From an uncultured Clostridia bacterium (GTDB lineage Bacteria > Bacillota > Clostridia > Christensenellales > UBA1242), in assembly GCA_944377305.1 (NCBI GenBank), contig CALWEL010000004.1:19136-83135 (forward strand): a stretch of DNA of 64,000 bases. Direction: 5' to 3'. Position numbers and translations under genes: made by a program. The notes beneath the pieces are model-generated. The model was not told the DNA's origin, did not search any database, and was given only the letters and a program-made list of their open reading frames with translations. This document shows, one piece after another, positions 30,201 to 33,473 of the stretch (position 1 is the first letter of the stretch; each line of letters starts with the position of its first letter).

Positions 30201-30443
30201 CTGTTTTATACTAGATACAAATATTCCGGCTTAGAAAACGAAGGTAGAGATTTGTTTGGCACAGGTGCTTGGATCTATAATAATGGAGATGCGAAAGAAG
30301 CGTTCTACATATATCGAGAAGATCAGACTATTCCGAATGCAGGTATGAAGACTTTCTTAGTAGAAAGTTCTAGGATAATACTATCAGGCATTTATTATGA
30401 TGGAACATCTTCCAGATCTGTCGGAGGTGTCAATATGGTATAA
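9228..30443 (+). CDS. Giant (7,071 aa) lipobox-anchored surface protein with Ig-like segments, multiple GLUG/beta-helix modules, a C-proximal TM hairpin and a Tyr-rich tail
   Basis: It is a single uninterrupted ORF of 21,216 nt. SD GGGTGAGGGG precedes the ATG, and the signal peptide ends VFSA-C24 (lipobox). Module-opening motifs (KYVINSAEDLYNI; NAIPLYSVDDIF; NPNIIRSVEEFNEI; NYIIIETADDFYQLI) are each followed by dense GG[LIF][VAI]G repeats. Hydrophobic segments lie at nt ~28401-28463 and ~28540-28610. A strong terminator follows directly after the stop. Confidence 0.85.
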   Translation: MKKKIFSILTAVFIFVICGVFSACGDRYKDLEFKIYYAFSEEATEWHDASQGIVLNYGGADDEFQIDAETGVGTLYLKVEIANVKSKYIDEIIVTKRGTSGGVNFSSATVDQNEVFSIDITGNTNSSLRFFETNSGKQVDIDLSIYRSLTGIQVDTSIKPAVKVGDTISLMSLKNLYYLPMLNGNTLTNQTGVDYQILGIGYYNDQIEDNHKEFVLVRTQSYAYQYMSISENGVLRVNSDYTINANEYIVRISAVSKHNPSISAEFDVYIVEDQEFSPSVYYSSDASLEDVGSSFTLYNGNDNYSSVTLTIDTQQLASIYKTPINTIDRDGQAIYEICIYVDNVAVDLSTSQVLNGLLIESLNESNSVIRLTSTSDNYPTNKIKISYELKDFDFSASNAPNYSREIVVNKSVLPENISINDTLPELTDLQGSMEGIIYSSSSSTYQGLSLTLLAVPTNINQSTDIYISANENVIITGQVENLGANSYIVKSGGTIYIRVASNVNADQTITISTQVTPTIFENQVITERFVEISYRLRKVVTADSIDIYADENLTTPINNGSLNIDARNSTDAYLKVYYTGTTLETSSISLESDNTAIRFENNSTSILLNDPTVERVQIATNDANGKYDLFRVSFLGANAIEKANILVNAGEGSIGVGTRFEVNSVYLLQDDTIIVESTSRNVTTFTGIDNGHFNFAVVKNQLVEFSILGMVQGGNELNDIGIINSTVNVNTDYGNNYAGNNNFSTSAVTYNKLDANEFSLTGQIGSKTTVLSIEVNFYARINNIISLTNKIIYVDIAVYDPISEIYRTITADEIVYINEYYESASTSEIAFSSYASNYSAASNSVVFSGVDGTEIVRADASQLRLEINRDLNIDNTIEIYLVNNKGEEISISDESILRINSENILSGTLRVKLNGVSDYNDLTLSLTALRFGEESNTSISVTIEFAQHEPVDGITLSGNSIVQNGVDSYYVYMSFIDVAENGNTSTSFTATPYYESNIATGLRYDDLTYNLYQIVQDENGNIVRDENGQALEDAVTSARLNISIDPDTHLVTIRAFENLGGGLFRLELASLDSYDTLTQTFTTAQSLFVSISDGTRQNKYVINSAEDLYNINNNLEANYVLRSNITVSDVTIDGQTISIAPIGGEEAFNGTLTGTVENLNSDNEIVTSRYKITLNLKNYILNTNNSVYAGLFARIGANGVISDLDIDVNFDTSNFTSTAGGELNIGAVAGANEGGIIKGVNVKLIGGNQDNINFVVDKISTPINFGGIVGLNEGRIDLSSSNVSADAQIKINTNATVQHNVGLVAGKNSGEIYGGYLGKDSLNNISYSAIANLELINSATASPSLYLGSIVGYNYGGYIHNLIAGGFIRVTDNDITNIGEISGFIGGIAGYSDDDPGSSVSVKGINTVAVLGLDLYADNPSLEVAGIVGKSNRSTITDVRVLASKVTFDQGGLTSYGMIYGEGIVAGIVANSDADKINFASVESFISSATTASGDAELFYMLNSGQNKVAGLVYTASNTTLRNSFISANIDTNSNLSSGLKTIILTSNANETNVYFLGRVNDLDQMQNNIYSRDTNSGYYVVYTDNSIIDFNADTANELDLSNYFNATTVNSDDLYTEQQFLQTIALTNAEFESQKEFLYTLTDGVYTKITSDAIFDENITYYIFDNNLWQNNRASLYVANIEGYLYSLVDYNFDPNTTYYTIENINIRDYYIIEDDHYVKNDNPNININAIYYELTWETDNDWEDTVSSWIGTDLDSWQINSERNFVSIYGMNFYFPYLLDDEGKILMIERPTQIQANVNANYIIEINSSYVDKDYPMQGYEVTSTTIINYHSDVNNPLNNETYNRYNIVNTAGIGDEPNGLVDLNVIPSNAQGGVGFEIVRGSAYAYINSQNQIVFTGVSGADPIIVRCYSLFNDELEEFVVFFTQLGLSDLMLTSNSIYEVEEESVDFELYTHTGANSTLVSISAENIYQGQQFASILDAGINNYLEVEAVSNSTNSILNIVNANSTNGIMIQVEDDEFDGNMTTEMITFTLKLNLTEYFGEEFYPANEGVDQYLDLASTNLRVVVYKTATDIEIEGGDYSVYTNANIDFNVNLYTGYVSEEESGFAQDYIVNNTVMLQEKDKDSINLTMEIVSGQDELDKLLENTGVDYIVELFDFDFYYSLLLAGNNEVQGYQYTIEMNLKDDFNFRYITSSIGFRLTVYGANNTGISDSILITFNPTELSTMRIENYTATSVTTITNYTSLIESNTTETSIISPGGYGGVMMIYLEPSYSNIVSATLTSSSLYIPSLGRNVSIIFEQLVKNEEGDYETVYPNNETIDGGIKLSLVSNVDSDGNYTYDGIIYIHTQMDRFVGMTGTIEARLSVETGEGNTIEQTKTLITEYLPGATLSYNGISVNNSTDEYLIQKDTYNNEIDIRIYGYQFNSNPNISFIWKLNDTDPNYTYDKKLATDINEDNFENRKLTLYVLQSGTYVKCDSYSTFNPYETYYEDNRNILIDKSGNQYNVLDYLSYRFQDNYDQVMQNDDGSYTMTVLLNIYPSIPAGFEMNATLTLATSESLITSEQEDSLIFYPVDYIVTNAQVSNLNNGNLNIAYNRSSAINLSFATNNPNNDLSENIYDKLLQDIGVNNLATLFTYVNSEGAIVQFSDSDELHPEFSINIINGRLTITGLDSFYRTIEFRVHYGYVLENGQYVLKFGTMSSNSLNRTLEFSFTLNIYASTTEENAIPLYSVDDIFDPDTGACLLGEDADYILMNDIVLENLVPIDVDIASFDGNNKVIKIRSFAVSVDRTEYGLFANIGTYQDIDGVTQTTILKNVIVDYSEFNSSLNLTNNDITDIAFGGLVANNNGLIYNCDVLNLGTRSKTINILLDNDSDVEIVFGGLVGINSGIITNSRVGRLGYTKITANENSETSIQVGGSALTFIIGDITQTSQTGQGFVGVTAGFVGENSGTIASSYVANTGITNYSTAPEGTTGDHSITAGFVGENTSTGSISYSYVKALESTISETNPYSTGVEIYSPTNGNVAGFVYLNSGRINNSFANTVLTSTSAYVAGFVYNNQASGVISESYAACTLNGVFTANDASEQPFVGVSNSDELLSYGTLDNTYYLIDDDNSFIIKTENGKDQATGLNQENFANSSSLNGFVFIESNSRTERNQGVWSYYNQNNSYRILPELPNANQIAHSYRYLLRQENSVYIYSNAVSYEPGSANNPNIIRSVEEFNEIMLSGNTSNSLTGYVRFINNIDFASDETAIKTRTNFILGDINNNSITSIDGNGMTISGIYLDVGNAQEESIGLFAEIHNAYVKNLNLEFATTVETDGQFSSLSAIYSGGLAGVIDNSVIINIDLNGKSTTISGQNFAGGLAGIITGQSLVYGIDSNLSVKAVNTDTIHYYNYYSEQEFNTMRAFGAINYTGNYETYLTQLSFAGGIAGVIDLEARQYVDFNLSYINVYGNEMYDKRTIDANILADYAGGIAGYAGKETSSLRLKYFVGQTNLIRGQFAVGGIFAVSSGDITASQVTAEEDEQFVYDTTLGQYILALENGEEAVIDTANAGNLNLLETYGYGGGLIGISISSRIDSCYSKAGFKVGSTLGGLLGVSIGSNIVYSYAIPYVNVDDTYLTKVGGLIGSAYGVRSGTIDRNQEVSEYINYLTLIIGETNKNTDIQFTFSTILMDINDITIKNSITEEYVNFDYVCADYGQLEGNSTGYITSNNGSALLYVFAGRVGAYDSITEEGEPIVKHSNEARASDEEIKLLYDTSENNVEQVSTFNNIFSGWDTTYWTLNAERYFPLLLNEEAENYIIIETADDFYQLINDPDGSFMIVNDIDMSDWCARNNTNFVFDIEFTGILIGQKEDDTIPILYNLYLSPTNAEDAGLFRATNEATLRNITFKWGSNPNETVSMMSVSSSVLLGNTIDTFGGVSAQDNGSLFSNLTVRVASEESDRETSLFSSIDGTIAGFGGIVGRATNSNILNCTFSGRVDVALASMATNNEIHFGGLVADSDIYVDSGGEDEDDANMTIMNSSIGLNNTNTTENIEQTVFNLTIKNASLSYIGGAVGYANNTSVASISVGNYAYDPNYRRIVFNINLDNSNANNYFGGVVGGLAGSQLSTVDAITEINVSGSENRALEDASTTSYINAFAGLVGYYTLSGSASADYSINSSSTSSNLNILGGTAITNLFVSTGVAYAESHRESELIIEQSLFTGTISSELSEDDADSTLNNVYAGGVIAYAYQGTSTNLGSAISLTDVMTTSDIIIGSPQTTRLYAGSLAGQANVVSAVNFASTGRIVPITGYSDDPTNNHFYIGGFIGQANNVNIINAYSLTSIIADSIDYQAIQALNINALFGDVETVSTEYVYYSSDYALFSEESGAGYNLSAYTLTRNNVWRLDTSNGLNYRNGFWAELNASSGSYYLPYIASLNTQLINYGILKQVDYTYIYQLNALTPIVIDDSSSMDILVSDETSSEFTYYILSTNLTNLNFSGGGVLNGILIGGETEYNQFVSTGGYSNTEGSFSGIIPKVSRHSAISNLHIKLATNTNYDIGNGNISGILVGLNEGVIFNSSVQGTGVEIDSGNLGLISGRNSGLISYSYSSLEVVEVSANSIAGIANQNQGMILSCYFTGYINNTTASEDTITTTAIAAGIVVENLAKGTSGEYENNFIFNTYSTAVIESINEAGNSFIADSNGLMGVNNYVDSLANVENINIVDEDSTTIILSTINTARLMSADVLDGYSDGKWYYTTYKVDNNYYLIDRKSETFGYNYLYPTLKINKIIVDESTDWNDPSSFEYFDNQYQLYTGNGSVALELGQGYEDVINALSSTETELTSNAETNIMRIPHLGLLSAIQSLAIDYGENVQDPTLTGKNTSLYYVLIYDIDGRSGPDVTPLEWNAIGTANENAEADAFYNGSQSSFAGFFVSNKNYDFTDLSLTDACQITGLNNGIFANIKNAYFGYLKLGGGDETLEESGLLGVNINPSSESETTADNVIVDKIQILQNTVIRGDGHIGGLFGVISSGNVSVKDFVTYSADEAGTVRPNLTISTAEYAGLITGKVESGNIKLGFTPDGLHGVEGINEINDTFYVRFGDNINYAGGLIGYIENNTTNINASAYKTDDGAENNKVIIYTEEGGASTIGGIVGAMIGNESEAIATVSNITVKMNQNTSAEGEQTPIDVNVFGGLIARLGLGTTDINSSTITFENCGLDLGEEGLYISTETNEISDVGNYFGLLAAKVDGGVLNVVDFYFADEVTDSQIRYETSTLSESEEEGKSYTTSKENLQGIGMLAGKLSGNANIIFGYDRELSFPALHAINVYNLGGIVGVYESGSIGIEYYEENPYNVQLYGTTNVGGAVGLVGGDTTDINDIVVVDGDKYFNFLTSDLAFATLHTDQQGYLNRYNWGGLFGYYQKEELYYETKDGSIAIKNNNKIMIGTTGVEIRKYIYNVGGVVGKIGAETTLVDNLENTKDAYIVPEGLDTAPTSWGLVEDKVYNLNTVMGSNSNIANTIRTINVGGVIGYAGAGEELEITNIKNVSDMVLGYQNVGGLVGYLDEDATVTNVLTNSISDNQLYFERSGSNYELHLADGYEDELYELSESSISSQGSVIGVLNVGGAFGIFNGTLAENIWTDANVYGNANVGGFVGYVFNQNTELSNNVVAKSSTDETEKTIVKGVYVAINLNKYSAGELSTVSEMFIPTSVGGFVGTAEQGVLTNNSVFNTTVQSTNEGDISSAVSTLEQNNITISTISNNMLKISMGGATDNDAIQHSNEVFEYYSLDSTGYKYEIKEGATTVFNEMSSGFGGFAGTVSSSVALVERSGGQYAMETNKFQTSIDAQLGVNVGTYYGFYYGAERDSSGATETMIATPELLGNVYVNGGYNIGGVTGQYAGSVNLSQFSLADNAKGEGFIELQPTSLGMYVGGLFGLLQSDQVEGLSLEGTAGISIKINVANTYYSGGLVGKLYVQGDASFKGTITDDDIASGSSEELLANRFGGLLGMLKVAGGNINGYEVTVKGKHNYPFTINTIENSNYEDGKSTSGVTLPEDQVVDLVAMATYINKDTFNISPSANPVYYNENAKNPTRPNDSWGWAIDYTMFKTIQRCIPADQNNGLWDSISQVYDASNITYVGTIANLGLTDEWLYGDDSEWTNITNDAFNIGLWFDGSDIISEPTVGDENYDQQLAFYRSCKMIEKSKDEDGKYIFNPNYICYTIYEEDEGIERLYSAIGIAKPYLDQNGDYVEEPKSKTPTDSVSDFLQWIGAFTGWSNPPTSYYPLLLNYDKDGYDGLTYIDYSSEAKYKVTDRNEYQGFWPSDSSYRDYFCAIDNFFALNDDGVRVERTDKTYFMFTYFYTNSTLNADTIAGVGDTLADSGSIFEVNGLKSSSFDKRMEEEAGSATYPWLKYVQIAIVVASILIGGGGQLLFNAGKAVVKKLTQKIGQMTLKQLFKFQGSVAISTLALFGLSNILLSQVLASQSAETVYYGVTNESLGYLGRSYRREIIYDEEGKLLIQVDASAENDQEVQYVYYSNTRPNDYYSHRYYVYVDNGTDGYDTIFLDSIENATLQTSGNFEGAYYFQYGKKNAYAYEYYIYENGEYYVLLDALETAMVPTQMPIPENLKSPEDYIFTRGSYYVRGKYKDSSYIYDSNEGVIDNAIEYDELTGKYTINKVSWDESRYGKISTTTTLRYIIDKNIDKNDEVDGVINLGDWMTSEDLYYYGYGYMKNAYYTASGNDIGGDKKVGVFSCVGTTAPAGTAGIDYITRTYWEEIREEDGSITREPTQYYYTIDSDSISDNSTLFDSAEGASGTIAERPNTGDRINVRLYPHSFENPYSSYIANSQDEYYYFVNTDSDKVIQHKVTYYYYEGGYITAPYNNGELLAYKKIGEGTSLSDVENVVLYDSSGNSKLYSYKSIYNKLELGADLYTIDISAYTTTDTDTTTDTELYKIENQFKIIKDDEAAGKDYLYQIISDKQISDGKLSTIVFTMPNSNSKDYNENKYLMNEDLLFYTRYKYSGLENEGRDLFGTGAWIYNNGDAKEAFYIYREDQTIPNAGMKTFLVESSRIILSGIYYDGTSSRSVGGVNMV
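29979..30014 (+). repeat. 18-nt tandem duplication inside the giant ORF (TTTDTD/TTTDTE)
   Basis: ACTACGACAGATACTGAT is followed directly by ACTACGACAGATACTGAA (17/18 identical, in frame). Confidence 0.9.
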
Positions 30444-30475
30444 AAAATACGCTAGCGGTCGCTAGCGTATTTTTT
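30444..30475. terminator. Rho-independent terminator of the giant ORF (bidirectional)
   Basis: ATACGCTAGC-GGTC-GCTAGCGTAT is a perfect 10-bp stem, flanked by AAAAA upstream and TTTTT downstream. Confidence 0.85.
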
Positions 30476-30591
30476 GTATACGAAAACCTCCAGATAGTCT
30501 GGGGGTTCGGTTGAGGTTTACCGGTGGACAGATTTCTCCTTTTATGTTAAGATTTACTCGTAGCCTGCAAAGAAATATGTTAATATCTATA

Positions 30592-31653
30592 TTAATTGAT
30601 TAATATATTGTCAGGATTTATATTAAGGGTATATGAATTTGTGTTTGGTGGTGTAAAACATATAGTTTCCTCTGCACTATTTACGAATCCGTCATAATCT
30701 AATGGATTTGTAAATGTTGGTCCATTAAGTATCGTGCTATCATAGCTTAAGGTAGAGACATCGTCAAAGCTTGTTGGCTCCAATTCGAGATATCTAATCA
30801 CTCCTGAAGTTCTGAAGCCGATAGAATTATGATCTCTGCCACGCACTGCCAAGAGCACTGTTTGATTTGAGATAGAGGCATCTAACCAGTCTATTTCAAT
30901 TAATTTATTACTATATAAATTCTCTGCATGATCCGATTTGGTGAATTTATTATAAAATTCATTATATGCAGACTGTGTCAATTTGAGCGAATGCTCTTCC
31001 ACTGGTTGACGCTGTTTTGACAGTTCTTGTATGAAATATGCAGAATGAATCGCTTTATGATTATTCAAATATAAAAGTTCTTCAAATTCTCTATCCGATA
31101 TTTCATATTTCAACGTTGTGCAGATATAATAAGGATCTGGTGCATCATTGACGGATATACGTGAAGTCACATATACGTGATTCTTATCATTAGTTTTTAC
31201 ATATACGTTTGAAGAAAATCCCATATTGTTTTCATAAAGCTTGTTGATATCTATGCCGAATTTTTCCTTGAGGTAGGCAGAAGGAAGTGTAGCGTATTCG
31301 TCTTTTTCTGCCTTATTATTTGCATATCTATCTGAAATTTCATTGTAATAGGCACTAGTTGTAATTTCTGTCAATATTTTTGAATATCCGGTCTCTGGAT
31401 CTACTTGATCTTGGTATGGGCCGTCGTATGGCTTGTCGTATGGCTTGTCGGTCGAAAAGTCACAACCTGCTAGACCTAGACTTGCCAATGTAAGTGCTCC
31501 AGCCAATATAGTGGCAGCCACTTTTCCCTTTTTTCTTGGTTTTCCGTTGCTTGATGATTTAGCACTCAAGCGCTCTATTAGGCGGGAGATTAATCCTTTC
31601 TCTTTTGCAAAAACTTGTTCGTCTCCTGACGTACGTGGATTTTTCTTTTCCAT
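30592..31653 (-). CDS. Lipoprotein of unknown function
   Basis: ATG at 31653 is preceded by AAAGGAGAA; the ORF-track start at 31713 has no SD. A long basic n-region is followed by ATILAGALTLASLGLAG-C (perfect lipobox) and then DKPYDKPYDGPY repeats. Confidence 0.65.
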   Translation of the reverse strand: MEKKNPRTSGDEQVFAKEKGLISRLIERLSAKSSSNGKPRKKGKVAATILAGALTLASLGLAGCDFSTDKPYDKPYDGPYQDQVDPETGYSKILTEITTSAYYNEISDRYANNKAEKDEYATLPSAYLKEKFGIDINKLYENNMGFSSNVYVKTNDKNHVYVTSRISVNDAPDPYYICTTLKYEISDREFEELLYLNNHKAIHSAYFIQELSKQRQPVEEHSLKLTQSAYNEFYNKFTKSDHAENLYSNKLIEIDWLDASISNQTVLLAVRGRDHNSIGFRTSGVIRYLELEPTSFDDVSTLSYDSTILNGPTFTNPLDYDGFVNSAEETICFTPPNTNSYTLNINPDNILIN

Positions 31654-31821
31654 ATTTTCTCCTTTTGTTTTAGAATAAATATTCTCCGAAAATATTAGCA
31701 CATAGATTAGCATTTGTCAATACAATTTTTTATTTTCAATCTGTACTACAGATACAATCATTTGAAAATCGAATGAAAATTGTCGAAATTATATCAAATT
31801 TTGAAAAATCATTAAAAACTA

Positions 31822-31850
31822 TTGACAAAACCTTTTGTTTGAGTTAAACT
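31822..31850 (+). promoter_or_regulatory. Sigma-A-type promoter of rplJ-rplL
   Basis: TTGACA, a 17-nt spacer, then TAAACT. Confidence 0.55.
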
Positions 31851-32005
31851 AAAATCAGTTAAATAAGATTCTAAGCCAAAGACCACAAGTGCGAAAGCGT
31901 AAAACATCTGTTGCTTGTGTAGGAAGAGAAAAAGAATGTCGATTGTAGTGTTCCTTTTGTCTTGGCAAAAGGAATTTTTATTTAATAGCATAAAGGAGGA
32001 TTAAA
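31851..32005 (+). promoter_or_regulatory. Ribosomal protein L10 leader with intrinsic attenuator
   Basis: The ~155-nt leader is more GC-rich than neighbouring spacers. It has a CACAAG/CTTGTG helix (31884-31919) enclosing GCGAAAGC. A terminator-like hairpin TTCCTTTTG-TCTTGG-CAAAAGGAA (31951-31974) plus TTTTTATTT lies immediately before the rplJ SD, as in Firmicutes L10 leaders. Confidence 0.55.
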
Positions 32006-32494
32006 GTGTCAGCAAATCAAGAAGCTAAAAAAGTTGCGGTAGAAGAAATCAAAAAATTGATAGATTCTTCAAAATCAATCGTTTTGGTGGACTATCGCGG
32101 TATCACTGTTAGTCAAGACACCGCTCTAAGAAAAGAAATGCGCAATAATAATGTTGTTTACAAAGTCATTAAAAACACTCTTTTCAAAAAGGCTTGTGAG
32201 CAATTGGGCATTGCAGGTTTTGACGAAGCTCTCAATGGTACCACTGCATTTGCGTTTGGCTTGGATGATGAGACAGTTGCTCCTAGGTTGGTGAAAAATG
32301 CTATGAAAGATTATACTTCGCTGTCTATCAAAGCTGGTTTCTATAACGGCAAAGTGATAGATGAAAATGAAGTTAAGGTTCTTGCTAGCATCCCTACGAA
32401 AGAACAACTTGTTGCACAATTGCTATACGTCCTCAATGCACCAGTTTCGAGTCTTGCTCGTGCATTTAAAGCTATCGCAGAGAAAAAAGATTAA
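32006..32494 (+). CDS. rplJ: 50S ribosomal protein L10
   Basis: GTG start 5 nt after AAGGAGGA. Recognisable L10 sequence: IVLVDYRGITVSQDTALRKEMR, VYKVIKNTL. Confidence 0.95.
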   Translation: MSANQEAKKVAVEEIKKLIDSSKSIVLVDYRGITVSQDTALRKEMRNNNVVYKVIKNTLFKKACEQLGIAGFDEALNGTTAFAFGLDDETVAPRLVKNAMKDYTSLSIKAGFYNGKVIDENEVKVLASIPTKEQLVAQLLYVLNAPVSSLARAFKAIAEKKD

Positions 32495-32521
32495 AAGACT
32501 AATTTAAAAAGGAGATAAATT

Positions 32522-32893
32522 ATGACAACACAAGAAATCGTTGAAGAAATCAAAAAGAAAACCGCCGTTGAACTTAACGAGTTGGTTAAAGCATTGGAAG
32601 AAGAATTTGGTGTTAGTGCAGCGGCTGCTGTAGTGGCAGGTCCGGCTGTCGCTGGTGAAGCTGCAGCTCCAGCTGAAGAAAAGACAGAATTCAATGTAGT
32701 ATTGAAAGAAGTTGGCGCAAACAAGATCGCAGTCATCAAGGCTGTTCGTGAGGCTACTGGACTTGGCTTGATGGAAGCTAAGAACCTTGTTGAAAGTGCT
32801 CCAGCTACAGTTAAGGAAAATGTCCCTACTGAAGATGCTAAGGCATTGGAAACTGCATTGAAAGCTGCAGGCGCTACTGTTGAACTTAAATAA
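32522..32893 (+). CDS. rplL: 50S ribosomal protein L7/L12
   Basis: Ala-rich hinge ([21 protein letters not shown]), then [24 protein letters not shown] and a C-terminal ATVELK. Confidence 0.95.
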   Translation: MTTQEIVEEIKKKTAVELNELVKALEEEFGVSAAAAVVAGPAVAGEAAAPAEEKTEFNVVLKEVGANKIAVIKAVREATGLGLMEAKNLVESAPATVKENVPTEDAKALETALKAAGATVELK

Positions 32894-32904
32894 TTCTTTA
32901 TGCT

Positions 32905-32931
32905 AAAAAATGGCTCTTTGAGCCATTTTTG
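32905..32931 (+). terminator. Rho-independent terminator after rplL
   Basis: AAAAAATGGCTC-TTT-GAGCCATTTTT. Confidence 0.8.
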
Positions 32932-33002
32932 TTTGATTTAAGATTTGTTATAATAAAATGCATAATTAAATAGGAATTTCATTTATCTGATTTTTACTAT
33001 TA

Positions 33003-33037
33003 AAAAATAGAAGGGCAAATTATTGCCCTTCTATTTT
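33003..33037. terminator. Bidirectional rho-independent terminator (serves the minus-strand micro-gene)
   Basis: Perfect 12-bp stem ATAGAAGGGCAA-ATTA-TTGCCCTTCTAT, with A-run and T-run flanks. It starts 2 nt beyond the micro-ORF stop. Confidence 0.8.
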
Positions 33038-33038
33038 G

Positions 33039-33113
33039 CTAAGGCTTAGGAGGCAAAGGTTGCCCCGGCGCCTGTGTTTCATTAGTGTAAATCCAATCAT
33101 CTATTTCTGACAT
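33039..33113 (-). CDS. Micro-protein, 24 aa (MSEIDDWIYTNETQAPGQPLPPKP), not in the ORF track
   Basis: Hand translation of the minus strand. SD AAGGAGGG lies 7 nt upstream of the ATG. It has its own TTGACT/TGaTATAAT promoter and a terminator directly after the TAG. Confidence 0.55.
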   Translation of the reverse strand: MSEIDDWIYTNETQAPGQPLPPKP

Positions 33114-33141
33114 AAATTGACCCTCCTTTATGGTCATATAA

Positions 33142-33171
33142 ATTATATCATATTCAATATTGATAAGTCAA
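33142..33171 (-). promoter_or_regulatory. Near-consensus promoter of the micro-gene
   Basis: Minus strand: TTGACT, an 18-nt spacer, then TGaTATAAT (extended -10), about 28 nt upstream of the ATG. Confidence 0.55.
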
Positions 33172-33437
33172 ATTTGATTAAGATTTATATTATTAATTTA
33201 TAAAGCAAGATTTTTAATTCATTGAATTATAATAGAAATGTTGATATTTCAAGTGGAAAATTAAAAATTAGCATTACAAGAGGCGTGCATTTTTAAACTT
33301 CGCTTCACAAATGTATATTTAGGAGATGGGGATCTTAGGTTATGAAAATTGTGGTTATGGATAGATACTAGAACAATCATACAAGCGTATTATATGAAAT
33401 TCAAGATTTCAAAGACTTGTGTTTGCTATATTAATGA

Positions 33438-33466
33438 TTGACAAAATCACACATTTGATTTAGAAT
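33438..33466 (+). promoter_or_regulatory. Promoter abutting the HipA-like kinase start codon (leaderless candidate)
   Basis: TTGACA, a 17-nt spacer, then TAGAAT. The ATG at 33474 lies 7 nt after the -10, and no SD is present. Confidence 0.55.
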
Positions 33467-33473
33467 ATGGTAT

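Noticed and set aside
30481-30591. A GC-richer patch after the giant gene (CCTCCAGA-TAG-TCTGGGGG hairpin, GGTTCGG) considered as a tRNA fragment or sRNA.
   Set aside because: No cloverleaf can be drawn. The hairpin followed by TTTTCG on the minus strand is adequately explained as the terminator of the convergent lipoprotein gene.
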